DNA of 64,000 nt from NCBI RefSeq assembly GCF_052425735.1, contig NC_135759.1, positions 6,634,001 to 6,698,000 on the forward strand, written 5' to 3'. The notes beneath the pieces are model-generated. The model was not told the origin of the DNA. It was given only the letters and a program-made list of their open reading frames with translations, and did no database searches. This document shows, one piece after another, positions 61,602-64,000 of this stretch (positions are counted from its first letter, which is position 1; every line of letters starts with the position of its first letter). The position numbers and the translations under genes are program-made. Origin of the DNA: Oculina patagonica. Taxonomy: Eukaryota.

Positions 61602-63258
61602 TTAATTATACGTTAAATATACGTTTCGTTACTTTACTCACAGGTATATAAGTCTTCGCGTATATTGGAACAGCTTAGGAGGAAGGTGTTGAATTTTGTT
61701 CGAATGGAGATTCCTGGAAAGAGGATGGCAAAACATCACAACATAGAGTCATAGTTACAATAATGCAGTATAAAAGGCAAGTCGTTAAGAAGAGAAACTC
61801 GCTCGTAATCACGCTAAGGGTGGCTTTCCATGAAACTTAGGTTTCGAACAAGATAAGTATTCTACTCGTAAATAGAGATAGCGTCAAGTTACAGTTTCCT
61901 TGCTCAAATAGGCCGTTTAAAACATTTTTTGGAGGGCCAACAAAAAGTATTCTGGTATTTTTGAAAATGGCCTATAAAAGGGCTTATTAATTATATTTTT
62001 TCCCTCAGTAGTAGGGCTGGAATGAAATTAATACCACTGATCTGAGAGGTGAATGTTGAAAAAAAAAAAGAAAAAATTAGGTCCCTAAAAATTTGTTTTG
62101 TCCAAACATAAATAATGCCACCAGCCTTGAATGCTTTTTAAAAGAAATTTAAAAATTTTAAACCAAAGCTCTTAGCCTTAACAAGTTGAACCTCGAAAAT
62201 ATCTTTCTAGATGTGTCTTTTGTTTAGCGGCATTGCATGCTACTAGGCAGCGTTCAGAGCCGTAACCTGACCTTTGGCATAGACGAGGCAAGATCTTGAT
62301 GGGAGGTTCAAAGGGCATGCGCTCCAGAACTTGAAGCCGGGAAACCTTTTCTTAATCATTTTTCATAATCATTTCCCAAACGCATTTTGTTTCTAACTTT
62401 GGGTTAAAATCAAGACGAGACAAGTTCCTTGTCTTGCCTCTTGCTGGCTAAGGCCCTGCAGCGTTGGGGCGTTTCTTACGTCTTGGCAATGTTTGATTGC
62501 TGGCTGTCTTTCGGCAGGGTTGCGGCAGACAATGTTAATGGTTTGTACAGCCGAACTTTGTGCGGCTGTTGCAAGCTTCGAAATGACAAGGATAATTGTG
62601 ACGGAAATCGCCGATTGAAACACTGCACACGGAACTACTGAGATTTGTGTTAAGTCAAAGTAATAACATTTCATTATACAAAACTCAGACTAAACGAAAA
62701 GGCCAAACATAAAGCCAAGACCAGCCCCAAGTAAGACGCCAACATTCCACTGTCACTGTGAGTCGCGTTTATCTCTTCCCCAGGGCAGTTCACCAGTAAT
62801 AATATTGAACTCATTATTTAAAACTTGATTGTCTTTGAGCTCGTGTGACATCGGTCGGCCACTCAACCTTCCCATCGTGCGCTGAAATCTTATTCTCTAC
62901 GAAATTTAGTAAGTGTATTTTCAATGACATGGTATGAAATAGTTACACAACACTTTCCCGTGGTATTTTATGGAATATACCACTTGTCACTTGCATTTTC
63001 TTCATAAACACAGTCTCCTTAAGAGTGTATAGCGAGAAAATATGTGACTCGTGGGATATTCCATAGTTTACCACGAGAAAGTGTTGCATAACTAGTATGT
63101 TAGTGTGTAAATGAATGGATTGTCTCAAGAACGGTGTGCGTAACGACTCTATAAGAAATTGGTTGTTCTACGTTTTGGTTTGTTTGCAAGGAAGTCTCGC
63201 GACTACAATTCCCATTCCCGATAATGCAGAATCAAAACTAGTAGATAAAAACAATAAA

Positions 63259-63990
63259 ATGTCCAAAGACAACTGGCACAGCCACAATACCGCAGCCCTG
63301 GGTACTTGAAATAAATTGCTGCAATTATGAAGCTCGCCGAGGCGGCCAAGGTCTCTCTCTGAAGATGCCGCGAAGCGATGTTTGGTCAAACAGGCAGTTT
63401 GGTAGGTCTTTCTTCCCCCGCCGCCTTTTGTTTCTCGAGATCTTTTTACCCAACGTGCACGTGGTACGCAATGCTGACGCTTCTCCGACACCACAAATTT
63501 CCACTTAGCTGTAAGTTTTCAAATACGCTCTGACCGCTGTCGAGGTGGCCAGTCGCTATAAAGAAGCCCAACCTCTGACCTAAAAAGAGTCTGCCGAGGT
63601 TGCGGAGGCTTTTCAGAAGATTTGCAAGCGCGGTCCTCCAAAATACCCTCAAATGCTGCAGGTTGACTGTGGGCGCGATTTTATGGGCTTTGTTACAAAA
63701 GAGATGGAGAACTTCATAGTAAGAATTCTTCGTCGCCGCAATGAGATTCACAGAGGCAAAGACTGTTGAACGCTTCAACCGCACTCTAGCCGAGTGCTTG
63801 TTTGGTCATCAATATCCCCTTGAAATTCTGCTGTCCTCTGCCCAGCGGTCGAAAAAGTCGGTGGCTCGGCTGTCTGCCGTTGTTGCCGCTCTGAACAGCG
63901 AGGTGCCCTGGCTGAGCGGCAAGGAACCCGCTGATGCAATAAAGAAGAAGGCCGTTTCAGTAACATCCCTAACAACATACAATACACGTT
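63259..63990 (+). pseudogene. Polinton/Maverick-type retroviral-like (rve) integrase pseudogene
   Basis: KLAEAAKV...FKYALTAVEVASRYKEAQPLT..SAEVAEAF...LQVDCGRDFMG...VERFNRTLAE.LFGHQY...LSGKEPADAIK, with stops and frameshifts. Confidence 0.85.
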
Positions 63991-64000
63991 AATTACGTGT

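Overview
AT-rich animal genomic DNA, most likely from a stony coral or related cnidarian. This is inferred from the repeat families and gene family and was not checked by a search. The window is mostly nested transposable elements around one host gene. The gene lies on the minus strand (exons 22777-22851?, 15250-15452, 14655-14780, 10752-12311, 9326-9780) and encodes an LRR-like/Cys-rich ectodomain plus a multi-pass membrane region. A candidate promoter and non-coding first exon lie at about 31847-32008. Retroelements: a Penelope-like element (RT+GIY-YIG) with inverted pseudo-LTRs and a hammerhead ribozyme motif; an L2-type LINE; a full-length Ty3/Gypsy element (42237-48845) with 166-bp LTRs, tRNA-Trp PBS, a -1 frameshift signal and a MYND zinc finger at the Pol N-terminus. 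DNA elements: a decayed Polinton/Maverick-type element bounded by inverted repeats (24766-30869) with a packaging-ATPase remnant; a 7.1-kb Sola3-like element with ~1.7-kb TIRs; a Polinton-type integrase remnant at the right edge; many MITEs and hairpin elements. Also present: an orphan inactive-rhomboid-like exon, a mosaic local duplication (53-60 kb) containing an unexplained ~310-nt foldback, and one assembly gap (30492-30622). All family assignments come from recalled motifs; no database searches were run.
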